33,039 bases of DNA, taken from positions 1-33,039 of the forward strand of contig DASSXV010000077.1 of the NCBI GenBank assembly GCA_035703635.1, read 5' to 3'. This stretch comes from Trueperaceae bacterium. GTDB lineage: Bacteria > Deinococcota > Deinococci > Deinococcales > Trueperaceae. The notes beneath the pieces were generated by a model. The model did not search any database. It saw nothing but the letters and a program-made list of their open reading frames with translations, and was not told where the DNA came from. Position 1 is the stretch's first letter. Each line of letters opens with the position of its first letter. A program made the position numbers and the translations under genes. Of the stretch, positions 18,705 through 28,479 are shown one piece after another.

Positions 18705-19552
18705 GCATGCTCGAGGTCCGCAACGTCAACAAGGCCTTCGGCGGACTGCAGGCCATCTCAGACCTCTCGTTCACGCTCGGGCAGGGAGAGATCGTCAGCG
18801 TCATCGGCCCGAACGGGGCAGGCAAGACGACCGTGTTCAACCTCATCACGGGCGTGTACAAACCAGACTCTGGCGACATCCTGTACGAGGGCCACAGCAT
18901 CAAGGGCCTCACGCCGAGCACCATCGTCAACCGCGGCGTGGCCCGCACCTTCCAGAACTTGCGGCTCTTCACCAACTTGACGGTCCTCGAGAACGTCCTC
19001 ATCCCGCAGCACCACTCGCTGCGCTCCAACTGGTTAGCCGCCGTGCTGCGCACTCCCGGCTACTTGAAGCAGGAACGCACCATGCACGAACTGGCCTTGG
19101 AGAAGCTGTCGTTCTTCGGGCCGCGCCTCATGAGCTTCCGCCTCCACCAGCCCGTCGAAGTCCTGTCTTACGCCAACCGGCGCCGCACCGAGATGGCGCG
19201 GGCCATGGCCACCGGCGCCAAACTGCTGCTCCTCGACGAGCCGAGCGCAGGCATGAACCCGAAGGAGACCCGCGAGATCACCGAGATCATCCGCCGCATG
19301 CGCGACGAGGGCGGCTACACCATCCTGCTCGTCGAGCACAAGATGAACCTAGTGAAGGACATCAGCGACCGCGTGATAGTGCTCGACTACGGCCGCAAAC
19401 TAGCTGAGGGCGCGTACCACGAGGTGGTCAACGACCCGGCGGTCATCGAGGCGTACCTCGGCAAACGCGCGGACAAGACGAGCGCCGTTGCCAGGGCGCA
19501 GATGGCGGACGGCCTCACCGCCCACGCGGCCGATGACGAGGTGCGGCCGTGA
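18701..19552 (+). CDS. livG: ABC ATPase (LivG-like)
   Basis: FGGLQAI, GPNGAGKTT, ARTFQNLRLF, LLLDEPSAGMNPKE, VIEAYLG. ATG 18701 overlaps the livM stop. Confidence 0.92.
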   Translation: MSMLEVRNVNKAFGGLQAISDLSFTLGQGEIVSVIGPNGAGKTTVFNLITGVYKPDSGDILYEGHSIKGLTPSTIVNRGVARTFQNLRLFTNLTVLENVLIPQHHSLRSNWLAAVLRTPGYLKQERTMHELALEKLSFFGPRLMSFRLHQPVEVLSYANRRRTEMARAMATGAKLLLLDEPSAGMNPKETREITEIIRRMRDEGGYTILLVEHKMNLVKDISDRVIVLDYGRKLAEGAYHEVVNDPAVIEAYLGKRADKTSAVARAQMADGLTAHAADDEVRP

Positions 19553-20313
19553 GCGCTGCCGCCACCACGCCCGCGACGCCCCCGGCAGGCGGCGCAGCTG
19601 AGCCGCTGCTCGAACTGCGCAACGTGACCACGCACTACGGCCCGATCCGCGTGCTGCACGACGTGAACATGGTGGTGTACCCGGGCGAGATGGTCTGCCT
19701 GTTGGGGGGGAACGCCTCCGGCAAGAGCACGACCCTCAAGACCATCCTCGGCATCGTGGGCGTTAGCGCAGGCGAGCTGTGGTTCCGAGGCGAACGCGCA
19801 GACACCCTCCCCACTTCTGAACGCATCGCGCGCGGCATGGCCGTCGTGCCTGAGAACCGCCGCATCTTCCCGCGCATGACGGTGAGGGAGAACCTCGAGA
19901 TGGGCGCCTACCTGCGCACGCGCGGCGCCGAGCTGGACGAGGACCTGGCGTACGTGCTCGAGCTCTTCCCGCGGCTAGCTGAACGGTTGGGTCAGCGCGG
20001 CGGCACCATGAGCGGCGGCGAGCAACAGATGCTGGCGATGGGCAGGGCGCTCATGAGCCGCCCGCGGCTGATACTGATGGACGAGCCGAGCATGGGTCTA
20101 GCGCCGCTGTTCGTCGAGCGCATATTCGAGATCATCAAGCAGGTCAACGAGCGCGGCATCAGCGTGTTCGTCGTGGAGCAGAACGCTAACGTCGCGTTAT
20201 CGATCGCTGACCGCGGTTACGTGCTGCAAACGGGCGAGGTCGTCCTTTCTGGCGCAGCGGGCGAACTCCTCGCTAACGAGGGGATGAAGAGGGCGTACCT
20301 CGGCGAGACCTAA
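19549..20313 (+). CDS. livF: ABC ATPase (LivF-like)
   Basis: GGNASGKST, MTVRENLEMGAY, MSGGEQQMLAMGRALM, DEPSMGLAP, VEQNA. Confidence 0.93.
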   Translation: MSAAATTPATPPAGGAAEPLLELRNVTTHYGPIRVLHDVNMVVYPGEMVCLLGGNASGKSTTLKTILGIVGVSAGELWFRGERADTLPTSERIARGMAVVPENRRIFPRMTVRENLEMGAYLRTRGAELDEDLAYVLELFPRLAERLGQRGGTMSGGEQQMLAMGRALMSRPRLILMDEPSMGLAPLFVERIFEIIKQVNERGISVFVVEQNANVALSIADRGYVLQTGEVVLSGAAGELLANEGMKRAYLGET

Positions 20314-20480
20314 GGCCTGTGTACTCTCATCATCGGGCCCATGGCCCGCGTGGTGCACCATGTGATATTGACTGACGCCGCTCTAGGGGTGGTAGATTCG
20401 GCCCCTGACCGGGTCTTCATGCAGCGCATTGCATGAAGTGCCAAGCACGTTGGCCCGGCGACTGGGAGGCTGCGACCTAG

Positions 20481-21818
<1,338 letters not shown>

Positions 21819-21847
21819 GGGCGGAGCACCGCCCGCACGTAGGTGCG
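21819..21847. terminator. Short hairpins between the convergent gdhA and aldo/keto reductase genes
   Basis: GGGCGG-AGCA-CCGCCC followed by CGCAC-GTAG-GTGCG; short stems, no U-tract. Confidence 0.35.
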
Positions 21848-22795
21848 TCAGGCAGTGAAGCCGTGCCTCGCTAACAAGTCGTTGACGGTGGCGCGCTCAG
21901 CGGCGCTAAGCTGCCAGGCGCCCGCCTGGGCGTTGCGCTGCACTTGCTCGGCGCTCGTCGCACCAGCTATGACGCTGGCAACTGCTGGTTCGGCCAGCAG
22001 CCACGCGAACGCCAGGTCGACGAGTTCCTTGCCGCGCTCGGCCGCGAACGCCACCAGCGCCTCGATGAGGTCGAGGGTCGTCGGCGTGAGGTACTGCTCC
22101 CAGCGGGAACTGCCCGTAACGCGCGTGCCGACGGGATAGTCGTGGCCCTTGCGGTACTTGCCGGTGAGGATGCCGCTGAAGAGCGGGAAATAGGGCAGGA
22201 AGGCGATGTCGAGGCGCCTACATACGTCAAGCACTTCCGCTTCGGGCCCGCGGCGCAGCATGGAGTACTCGTTCTGCACGCTAACGAAGCGCGGCCAGTC
22301 GTGTTGAAGCGCCAGCGCCTCGGCCTCCGCCAGTTGCGTGGCCGTGAAGTTCGAGCAGCCGATCTCACGCACCAGCCCGGCGCTAACGGCCTCTGCGAGG
22401 GCGCCGAGGGTGTCGGCCAGCGGCACCTCCTCGTCTGGCTCGTGTAGCTGGTAGAGGTCGACGTGATCCATGCGCAGCCGCTTCAGGCTTGCCTCCAGCG
22501 CGCTGCGCACGTACTCCGGCCTGGCCCCGCCAACGACCGCGGAGTCGCCCTTGCTGGCCATGCCGAACTTCGTTGCGAGCACGACCTTGTCCCTTCTACC
22601 TTGCAGCACGTTGCCTAGGAACGACTCGCTATGCGTGTCGCCGTAGATGTCTGCCGTATCGAAGAAGGTGACGCCAGCGGCGATGGCCGCGTCGACGACG
22701 TTGTTCGTGGCTTCCTGGTCTAGCCGGCGCCCGAAGTTATTGCAGCCGAGGCCGATGACGGAAACGGTAATCGAGCCGATATTGCGGGTGTCCAT
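21848..22795 (-). CDS. Aldo/keto reductase
   Basis: GLGCNNFG, FFDTADIYG, LATKFG, SLKRL..VDLYQLH, IGCSNF, QNEYSML, PYFPLFSGILTGKY, VIAGAT. Start set at ATG 22795. Confidence 0.93.
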   Translation of the reverse strand: MDTRNIGSITVSVIGLGCNNFGRRLDQEATNNVVDAAIAAGVTFFDTADIYGDTHSESFLGNVLQGRRDKVVLATKFGMASKGDSAVVGGARPEYVRSALEASLKRLRMDHVDLYQLHEPDEEVPLADTLGALAEAVSAGLVREIGCSNFTATQLAEAEALALQHDWPRFVSVQNEYSMLRRGPEAEVLDVCRRLDIAFLPYFPLFSGILTGKYRKGHDYPVGTRVTGSSRWEQYLTPTTLDLIEALVAFAAERGKELVDLAFAWLLAEPAVASVIAGATSAEQVQRNAQAGAWQLSAAERATVNDLLARHGFTA

Positions 22796-22867
22796 TGGGC
22801 CAGTTTGGCATGAACGCCGACGTGCTAGCGGCATTGGCGCGCTCTGTTGTCGGTTTCGTGCGCACAT

Positions 22868-22896
22868 TTGACAGTTGTCGACAATTTGACTATGGT
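22868..22896 (+). promoter_or_regulatory. Sigma-70 promoter TTGACA-17-TATGGT with palindrome TTGTCGACAA in the spacer
   Basis: TTGACA 22868-22873, TATGGT 22891-22896, perfect 10-bp palindrome 22875-22884 (GntR-like TGT..ACA arms). Confidence 0.7.
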
Positions 22897-22940
22897 TGGG
22901 CCACGCAATTATATAGAGTGGCCGGAATAGTTAGGAGGGA

Positions 22941-23306
22941 ATGGCGGCTCGCGTTCGCGTTCTAATCTCGGGAAGGGAGATTCGAGTGCTAAGATATTCC
23001 ATAGTTGGACTACTAATAGCGTGGCCGCTACTCATTGGAGTAGCGAGGGCCCATTCTTGCTGCTACTAAGTTTCCGTAACTGGGGTGTCTTGGCATCCCG
23101 ACCCTGTTGTGCACTGTATTCATTACAAGCAAGTGTGGTACGAGTCAAGAGAGTTGTGGCCGACGAGCAATGAGCGGAATCACGACCACTTCTGAGTAGT
23201 CACCGTTTGGATGGAAGAAACTGGCCCGTACCCGGTCTACGATTGCACGCCTCCAGAGAATCAGGCGAGTTTGGAGAGCAATCGCCATATGAGAGGTGCA
23301 GCGTGA
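22941..23306 (+). pseudogene. Probable interrupted gene for a small secreted protein; alternatively an intact 42-aa (or 27-aa) hydrophobic peptide ending at 23069
   Basis: AGGAGG then ATG 22941 (or GTG 22986 after AAGGGAG): MAARVRVLISGREIRVLRYSIVGLLIAWPLLIGVARA-HSCCY*VSVTGVSWHPDPVVHCIHYKQVWYESRELWPTSNERNHDHF*VVTVWMEETGPYPVYDCTPPENQASLESNRHMRGAA*. Internal stops are TAA 23067-69 and TGA 23193-95; the final TGA overlaps the GTG of the next gene. Confidence 0.5.
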
Positions 23307-23866
23307 AACCTATTACCTTGTTCCGAAATCGCACTTGGCTTTCACTCGCCGCCGCCGTGGCGGTCGCGGTGCTGGTCGCTTGTAGCAAGCCAGCCCCTGT
23401 AGCTGCCGAGGCGTTCGTTCCGGCCGACCAAGTAAGGAGTTGGCAAGAATATGTTGCGGCCCTTGCCACGGATGGTCTTGGAAGCTATGAAGCCGTGGCT
23501 TCGCAAGTGGTGGATGGACCGGGTGGCTTCAAGTTAGGAATTGAGGCGCGCTACTATCCAGAACTAGCAGTAACCCGGTTCGTAATACTTCATGACTCGC
23601 TCGAGGTGGCGACCGAGAGGGCGGGCGGCATAGTGGGGATGAAACTGAAGGTCGACTCGTCAGGCGAACCGGTACCCCTCTATATTCGGGCACTTTCGGG
23701 GGAGGATCTGGAGGCAGAGTTGCTGACGGCAACTGAAACCTTTCCTGACCGGCACTTCAGCGATGCCGCAGACGACCTGGTGTGTGGATCATTGAAGGTT
23801 GATTTCGGCAGTGCGAAGTGGTTCCCTTTCGAGTTGCGTGCGTGTAATCGGTACGTAGCCGGGTGA
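23303..23866 (+). CDS. Hypothetical lipoprotein (187 aa)
   Basis: GTG 23303 after GAGAGG; MKPITLFRNRTWLSLAAAVAVAV-LVAC lipobox; atypical, lower-GC codon usage; no family recognised. Confidence 0.7.
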   Translation: MKPITLFRNRTWLSLAAAVAVAVLVACSKPAPVAAEAFVPADQVRSWQEYVAALATDGLGSYEAVASQVVDGPGGFKLGIEARYYPELAVTRFVILHDSLEVATERAGGIVGMKLKVDSSGEPVPLYIRALSGEDLEAELLTATETFPDRHFSDAADDLVCGSLKVDFGSAKWFPFELRACNRYVAG

Positions 23867-23947
23867 GAACTCCATGAACCACGCCTGATTAGCCCCCGCG
23901 CGCTGCTCGGCGGGGGCTGCTCGGCCCGAACAACCGTGGCGCGGTGC

Positions 23948-23979
23948 AGTTGCGAGGGCGGCGTTCTGCCCTCGCAACT
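23948..23979 (-). terminator. Stem-loop at the end of the aldehyde dehydrogenase operon
   Basis: AGTTGCGAGGGC / GCCCTCGCAACT 12-bp perfect stem overlapping the stop codon. A second stem, AGCCCCCGC/GCGGGGGCT, lies at 23891-23918. Confidence 0.6.
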
Positions 23980-25453
23980 AATGCAACGCCATTGGAAGCA
24001 GCTCTTCCGGGAAGTTCTGGTAAGCGACAAAGCGCGTGAAGCGCTCGATGGCGTGTGTGCCCACCGAAGTGCTGCGGCCGTCTGAAGTGGCGGGGTAAGG
24101 CCCGCCGTGCACCATGGCGGGGCCAACCTCTACGCCGGTTGGGAACTGGTTGAAGATCACGCGGCCGACGCGCTCGGCTAGGAGCTCGGCTAGTGGCGCG
24201 AGGCCAATAGCCTCGTGGTCCTCGCCGAGGATGGTCGCCGTTAGCTGCCCCTCGATGGCGGCAACGAACTCCTCCAGTTCGCCTTGGGTGCGGTAGCGCA
24301 GGACGAGCGTGCTTGGGCCGAACACCTCGCTTAGGAGCCGAGGATCGGCGAGGGCGGCCAGTACGTCGGCCTCCCACAGCGTGGGGCTGCCGTACGCGCC
24401 GCCATGTGCGGCTGCGCCGCGGGCGACCTCACGCCCGCCGACTGCCGCCAACTCCTTGAGCCCCTGCCCGTAGCGCTCGCACACGGCGCTGTTGAGCATG
24501 ACGCCAGCGTCGGCGGCCGCAGTCAGTTCTGCGAGGCGAGCTACGAACGCGTCGCCGGCCGGCCCGGCAGGCACTAAGGTCACGCCGGGGTTCGTGCAGA
24601 ACTGGCCGACGCCCAGCGTGAACGAGCCGAAGAGTCCCTGTGCCAGCGACTCCGAGCGCGCTTCAAGGGCGCCTTGCGTGACGAACACGGGGTTCACGCT
24701 GCCCATCTCCGCGTACACGGGGATCGGCTCAGGCCGTGCTGCAGCTAGGCGCATGAGAGCCTCTCCGGCTTTGCGGCTGCCGGTGAAGCCAACTGCCTTG
24801 ACCTCGGGGCGCTGCACGAGCGCCTGGCCCACTTCATAGCCCGCCTCCAGCACCAAGCCGAAGACGCCGTGCGGCATGCCGGTAAGGTGCGCGGCCTCGA
24901 GGATCACGTCCGCCACCAGCTTGGAGGTGCCTGGGTGCGACGGGTGGGCCTTGGCGATCACTGGGCAGCCGGCGGCCAGGGCCGCCGCCGTGTCGCCGCC
25001 CGCCACCGAGAAGGCGAGAGGGAAGTTGCTGGCGCCGAACACGGCGACGGGGCCCAGCGGGCGGCGCATGGAGCGCACGTCCGGCTTCGGCGCGGGCGAG
25101 CGCGCCGGGTCGCCGTGGTCGATGCGCGGTTCCGTCCAGGAGTCGCTCTCGATGAGGCGCGCGAACATCCGCAGTTGGTTGCTCGTGCGCCCGACCTCGC
25201 CGCGTATCCGCCCTTCGGGCAGGCCAGACTCGGCCATGGCGCGTTCCGTAACTACATCGGCCTCGTCCTCTAGCCCAGCAGCTATGGCGTCCAGGAAGCG
25301 CGCCCGCGCCGCGCCAGTGAGGCGCGAGTAGGGGAGGAACGCCTGCCGGGCGGCGGTGGCCAAGGTGGCTAGTTCCTCAGGCGTCGTCGTCTCGAACTCA
25401 CCCTCGAGGAGGGTGAGGGTACTGGGGTCGATGGCGCTGAAGGTAGGACTCAC
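23978..25453 (-). CDS. Alpha-ketoglutaric semialdehyde dehydrogenase (LhpG-like)
   Basis: PLGPVAVFGASNFPLAFSVAGGDTAAALAAGCP, KAHPSHPGTS, FTGS, EMGSVNP, GQFCTNPG, HGGPYPATSDGRSTSVG are typical of the KGSADH subfamily; cluster context agrees. Confidence 0.88.
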   Translation of the reverse strand: MSPTFSAIDPSTLTLLEGEFETTTPEELATLATAARQAFLPYSRLTGAARARFLDAIAAGLEDEADVVTERAMAESGLPEGRIRGEVGRTSNQLRMFARLIESDSWTEPRIDHGDPARSPAPKPDVRSMRRPLGPVAVFGASNFPLAFSVAGGDTAAALAAGCPVIAKAHPSHPGTSKLVADVILEAAHLTGMPHGVFGLVLEAGYEVGQALVQRPEVKAVGFTGSRKAGEALMRLAAARPEPIPVYAEMGSVNPVFVTQGALEARSESLAQGLFGSFTLGVGQFCTNPGVTLVPAGPAGDAFVARLAELTAAADAGVMLNSAVCERYGQGLKELAAVGGREVARGAAAHGGAYGSPTLWEADVLAALADPRLLSEVFGPSTLVLRYRTQGELEEFVAAIEGQLTATILGEDHEAIGLAPLAELLAERVGRVIFNQFPTGVEVGPAMVHGGPYPATSDGRSTSVGTHAIERFTRFVAYQNFPEELLPMALH

Positions 25454-26361
25454 GACCGCACCGCCAAGGTTGGGCGGTTAGCGAAGCCTTCCTCGATGAC
25501 CTTCATGACCTCGGCGAGTTCCGCGCCTTCGAGTGAGTAACGAGGTGCACGCACGCTGGAGCTGCCCCAACCGGCGTACTCGACGGCCAGCTTGATCTTC
25601 TGCACGAACTTGGTTCCGATGTCGAGCCGCAGCAGCGGCAGGAACCACTGGTAGAGCTCGAACGCCTCCTCCTTGCGGCCAGCGCGCGCCAGCTCGTAGA
25701 GCCTGACCGACTCGGCTGGCAGGGCGTTGACGAGGCCCGCGATCCAACCGACGGCGCCTGCGTAGGTGGCTTCGACGAAGAGGTCGTCGACGCCGATGAG
25801 GATCTTGAAGTCCTCATCCATGAGGGTGCGCAGCCAGGTGATGCGCCTGAGGTCGGCGCTCGACTCCTTGATCGCTTGCGCGTTGGGGTGCTCGCGCACG
25901 ATCTCGGCCACCTGTGGAGGTAGGAAGTCGGTCTTGTACGCGATGGGGTTGTTGTAGAGCATGCACGGCAGGTCTGTGGCGGCGAGGACGGCGCCGACGT
26001 GGCCCTTCATCTCGCGGAAGTCGCTGGAGTAGACGTACGGCGGCAAGACCATGAAGCCGCTAGCGCCCGCCGCTTCGGCGTCGCGCGCGAACTGCGCCGC
26101 CTCGGCTGTGCTCAGTGAGGAGACCATGGGGATGACTGGCGCCTTGCCGTCCAGTGCCTCAGCGAGGGTGGCGACGGTCTTCAGCTTCTCTTGGTAGGTG
26201 AGCGTGGCGGCCTCGCCGAGGGAGCCGAACGGGACTATGCCATTGCAGCCAGCTTCGACCATCCACTGCGCGTGCTTCGCCTGCAGCGCGTAGTCGACGC
26301 TCATATCCTCGTTGAAGGGGGTGGTGATCGCCGGGATGACGCCTTCCCAGTTCACTCGCAT
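25450..26361 (-). CDS. DHDPS-family enzyme, probable delta1-pyrroline-4-hydroxy-2-carboxylate deaminase (LhpC/HypD-like)
   Basis: WEGVIPAITTPF, GSLGEA (not the GTTGE of DapA), MVLPPYVY, MLYNNPIAY, IKESS, GVDDL, GWIAGLVNA, KFVQKIKL. ATG 26361 follows GAGGAG. Confidence 0.85.
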   Translation of the reverse strand: MRVNWEGVIPAITTPFNEDMSVDYALQAKHAQWMVEAGCNGIVPFGSLGEAATLTYQEKLKTVATLAEALDGKAPVIPMVSSLSTAEAAQFARDAEAAGASGFMVLPPYVYSSDFREMKGHVGAVLAATDLPCMLYNNPIAYKTDFLPPQVAEIVREHPNAQAIKESSADLRRITWLRTLMDEDFKILIGVDDLFVEATYAGAVGWIAGLVNALPAESVRLYELARAGRKEEAFELYQWFLPLLRLDIGTKFVQKIKLAVEYAGWGSSSVRAPRYSLEGAELAEVMKVIEEGFANRPTLAVRS

Positions 26362-26392
26362 GCCTAACTCCTCTCGGCCTGTGGTCGGCCAG

Positions 26393-27037
26393 CTAGCCAA
26401 GGCGCTGCTTGACTATCTCTAGGTTGGTGTGGACGTGCTCCGACATGGCAGCCGCCGCCGCCGCTTGGTCGCCAGCGACGATGGCGGCGACGATGCCAGC
26501 GTGCTGCGCGTGCGCCTGGGCGCTAGTGTTCACGTCGCGGGTGAGGATCTTGACGCGCATGACGCGCTGGCTGAGGCGCTGGATCGTCTCTTGGAGGACG
26601 AGGTTGCCTGACAGGCCCGCCACGAAGCCGTGGAAGGCGTCGTCCGTGCGGATGTGCTCGGCGAAGTCGCCCACCGCAACGGCGTTCATGGCGTCTAGGT
26701 GAGCGCGCAGCTCAGCCTTGTCCTCGACTGTTGCGCGCACGGCAGCCAGACCGGCGGCCATGGCCTCGAGTGGGGCGCGCACGGCGTAAGTGTCGACGGC
26801 CTCGCCTAGGCTGAGGGTCGGCACGTGAACGCCGCGGTTCGGCTCGATGACGAGCAGCCCCTCTTGCGCAAGTTGCCTGACGGCCTCGCGGACGGGGGTG
26901 CGCGAGACTTGCAGCGCCGCAGCAAGCTCCTGCTCCCGCAACCAGGTGCCAGGCTCTAGCGCGCCAGTCAGTAACTCGCGCCGCAAGTGCAGGTACACCC
27001 CCGCTGCGACCGTCCGGGGCCGTTCGAAATCTGCCAC
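26393..27037 (-). CDS. GntR-family regulator with FCD domain (probable hydroxyproline regulator)
   Basis: LREQELAAALQVSRTPVREA wHTH; FCD motifs DDAFH, GNLVL, HAGIVAAI, MSEHV. Confidence 0.9.
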   Translation of the reverse strand: MADFERPRTVAAGVYLHLRRELLTGALEPGTWLREQELAAALQVSRTPVREAVRQLAQEGLLVIEPNRGVHVPTLSLGEAVDTYAVRAPLEAMAAGLAAVRATVEDKAELRAHLDAMNAVAVGDFAEHIRTDDAFHGFVAGLSGNLVLQETIQRLSQRVMRVKILTRDVNTSAQAHAQHAGIVAAIVAGDQAAAAAAMSEHVHTNLEIVKQRLG

Positions 27038-27042
27038 AGCGC

Positions 27043-27071
27043 ATTGTATGGTGCATACAATCCGCTTGCAA
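27043..27071 (-). promoter_or_regulatory. Promoter TTGCAA-17-TACAAT for a leaderless gntR transcript, overlapped by operator ATTGTATG-CAC-CATACAAT
   Basis: -35 at 27066-27071, -10 at 27043-27048, perfect 8-3-8 inverted repeat at 27043-27061; only 5 nt between the -10 and the GTG, with no SD. Confidence 0.8.
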
Positions 27072-27133
27072 GGCCTGCCGCCAGCGCCCAGACGGCGGCC
27101 CCACGCGCTAGGGCGCTACCAGGGTGGTGGCGC

Positions 27134-28432
27134 TCACGTCCGTTCGACGACCGGCAGCATGCCGATCAAGCGGTCGAGGATGCGCGCGCCGTCCATGCGC
27201 AGGCCGTTGTGCTCGTACTCGCTCGTCACCCAGGTATTGAGGTTTGGCACGTGCCTGACGGTCTCCATGGCAAGGCCGAGGTCGACGTACATGTCGTGGT
27301 AGTAGAGCACCGCGGCGGTCGGCACCTGATTCGCCGCCAGCACCTCGAGGTCGTAAAGCGCCGGCCAGTCTCTCTTGTTGGCTAGGAGCATGGCGGCTTC
27401 CTTGAGGGGCCTCAGGGTCGCGAACTCGTCGAGCATCCACGGGTAGATCATCTCACCAGTGAAGAGGAACTCCTTGCCCGGCGCGTAATCGAACTGCGGG
27501 AACTCACCCCGCACCCGCTGAGCCGCCCAAGCGGACGCGCCGCCTTGGCAGTAGATGGCCTCGTGCAGCACGGTGAAGATGGGGCTGGTGTGGAAACTCG
27601 TGGCGCCGAACATGGCGTGCAGGAAGGCGTAAGACAACTCCTCGCGCCCGTCGGCGCTCACGAACGCGCGCTCGAGGATGTCCATGATGCGTTCGAAGCC
27701 GCCCGCGCCGCCGAAGTCGAGGCCTAGCTGCTGGAACTGCCTGACCGTCAAGCGCTGCCCGTTCGGGAGGCTGACGTCGTTCTTGAGCAGGTGATCTGCT
27801 ATGCGCCTGCAAGCGATCTGCGCGTGCGGGTAGCGCGAGAAGAACTCCCGGTTCTTCTCTTCCACGCGCGGGTAGGTTGCCCGGTAGACGTCGTCCGCCT
27901 TACGCGTGAGCGACGGGATGCCGCCCGTGATGAGCGCCGCTTGCAGGCCGTCCGGCGCCGCAGACAGATAGCGCAGCACGCAGAAGCCGCCGAAGCTTTG
28001 CCCCAGGATGCTCCAGCGCTCGTCACCTATGAGCTGACGCCGGATGAGTTCGGCGTCCGCCACGATCGCGTCCGCGCGGAACAGCGCCAGGTACTCCGCC
28101 TGCTCCGTCGGACTCCCGCGCTTGCTAAGGGTCTGGTAACTCACCGGGCTCGAAAGGCCCGTGCCGCGCTGGTCGAGAAGCAGCACCCTGTGATCCTGCA
28201 GCGCACGCCCGATCCAACCCGAGCGCGCGTCCGGCCGTGGCGACGCGGACCCCGGCCCACCCTGGAAGTAGACGAGGTAAGGCAGCTCCGCGTCCGGTCG
28301 TTCGCTGGGGCGCAGTTCGCGGGCGAACACCGAGAGCTTCTCACCAGCGGGCGCGGCGTGATCGAGAGGAACCTCGAAGTAGTGGTTCCTTACGACCATC
28401 CCTGGCAACGTGTAGGTCTCTCTAGCAGGCAT
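27134..28432 (-). CDS. pip: Prolyl aminopeptidase (proline iminopeptidase, long S33 type)
   Basis: VPLDH, YFQGGPG, LLDQRGTGLS, FRADAIVADAE, GQSFGG nucleophile elbow, LHEAIY, FTGEMIYPW, YYHDMYV, YEHNGLR. Confidence 0.9.
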   Translation of the reverse strand: MPARETYTLPGMVVRNHYFEVPLDHAAPAGEKLSVFARELRPSERPDAELPYLVYFQGGPGSASPRPDARSGWIGRALQDHRVLLLDQRGTGLSSPVSYQTLSKRGSPTEQAEYLALFRADAIVADAELIRRQLIGDERWSILGQSFGGFCVLRYLSAAPDGLQAALITGGIPSLTRKADDVYRATYPRVEEKNREFFSRYPHAQIACRRIADHLLKNDVSLPNGQRLTVRQFQQLGLDFGGAGGFERIMDILERAFVSADGREELSYAFLHAMFGATSFHTSPIFTVLHEAIYCQGGASAWAAQRVRGEFPQFDYAPGKEFLFTGEMIYPWMLDEFATLRPLKEAAMLLANKRDWPALYDLEVLAANQVPTAAVLYYHDMYVDLGLAMETVRHVPNLNTWVTSEYEHNGLRMDGARILDRLIGMLPVVERT

Positions 28433-28479
28433 GATGAGGCGATGGTATCCGAGCTACGTCAGGTTGGGGTGATGACCAC

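Noticed and set aside
23193..23195. Selenocysteine read-through of the in-frame TGA
   Set aside because: No convincing SECIS-like hairpin follows it, and an upstream in-frame TAA would stop translation first.
22860..23880. Insertion sequence or prophage remnant
   Set aside because: No transposase or integrase motifs, terminal inverted repeats or flanking direct repeats were seen.
25450..26361. dapA (lysine biosynthesis)
   Set aside because: It has GSLGE rather than GTTGE and is coupled to KGSADH in a hydroxyproline cluster.
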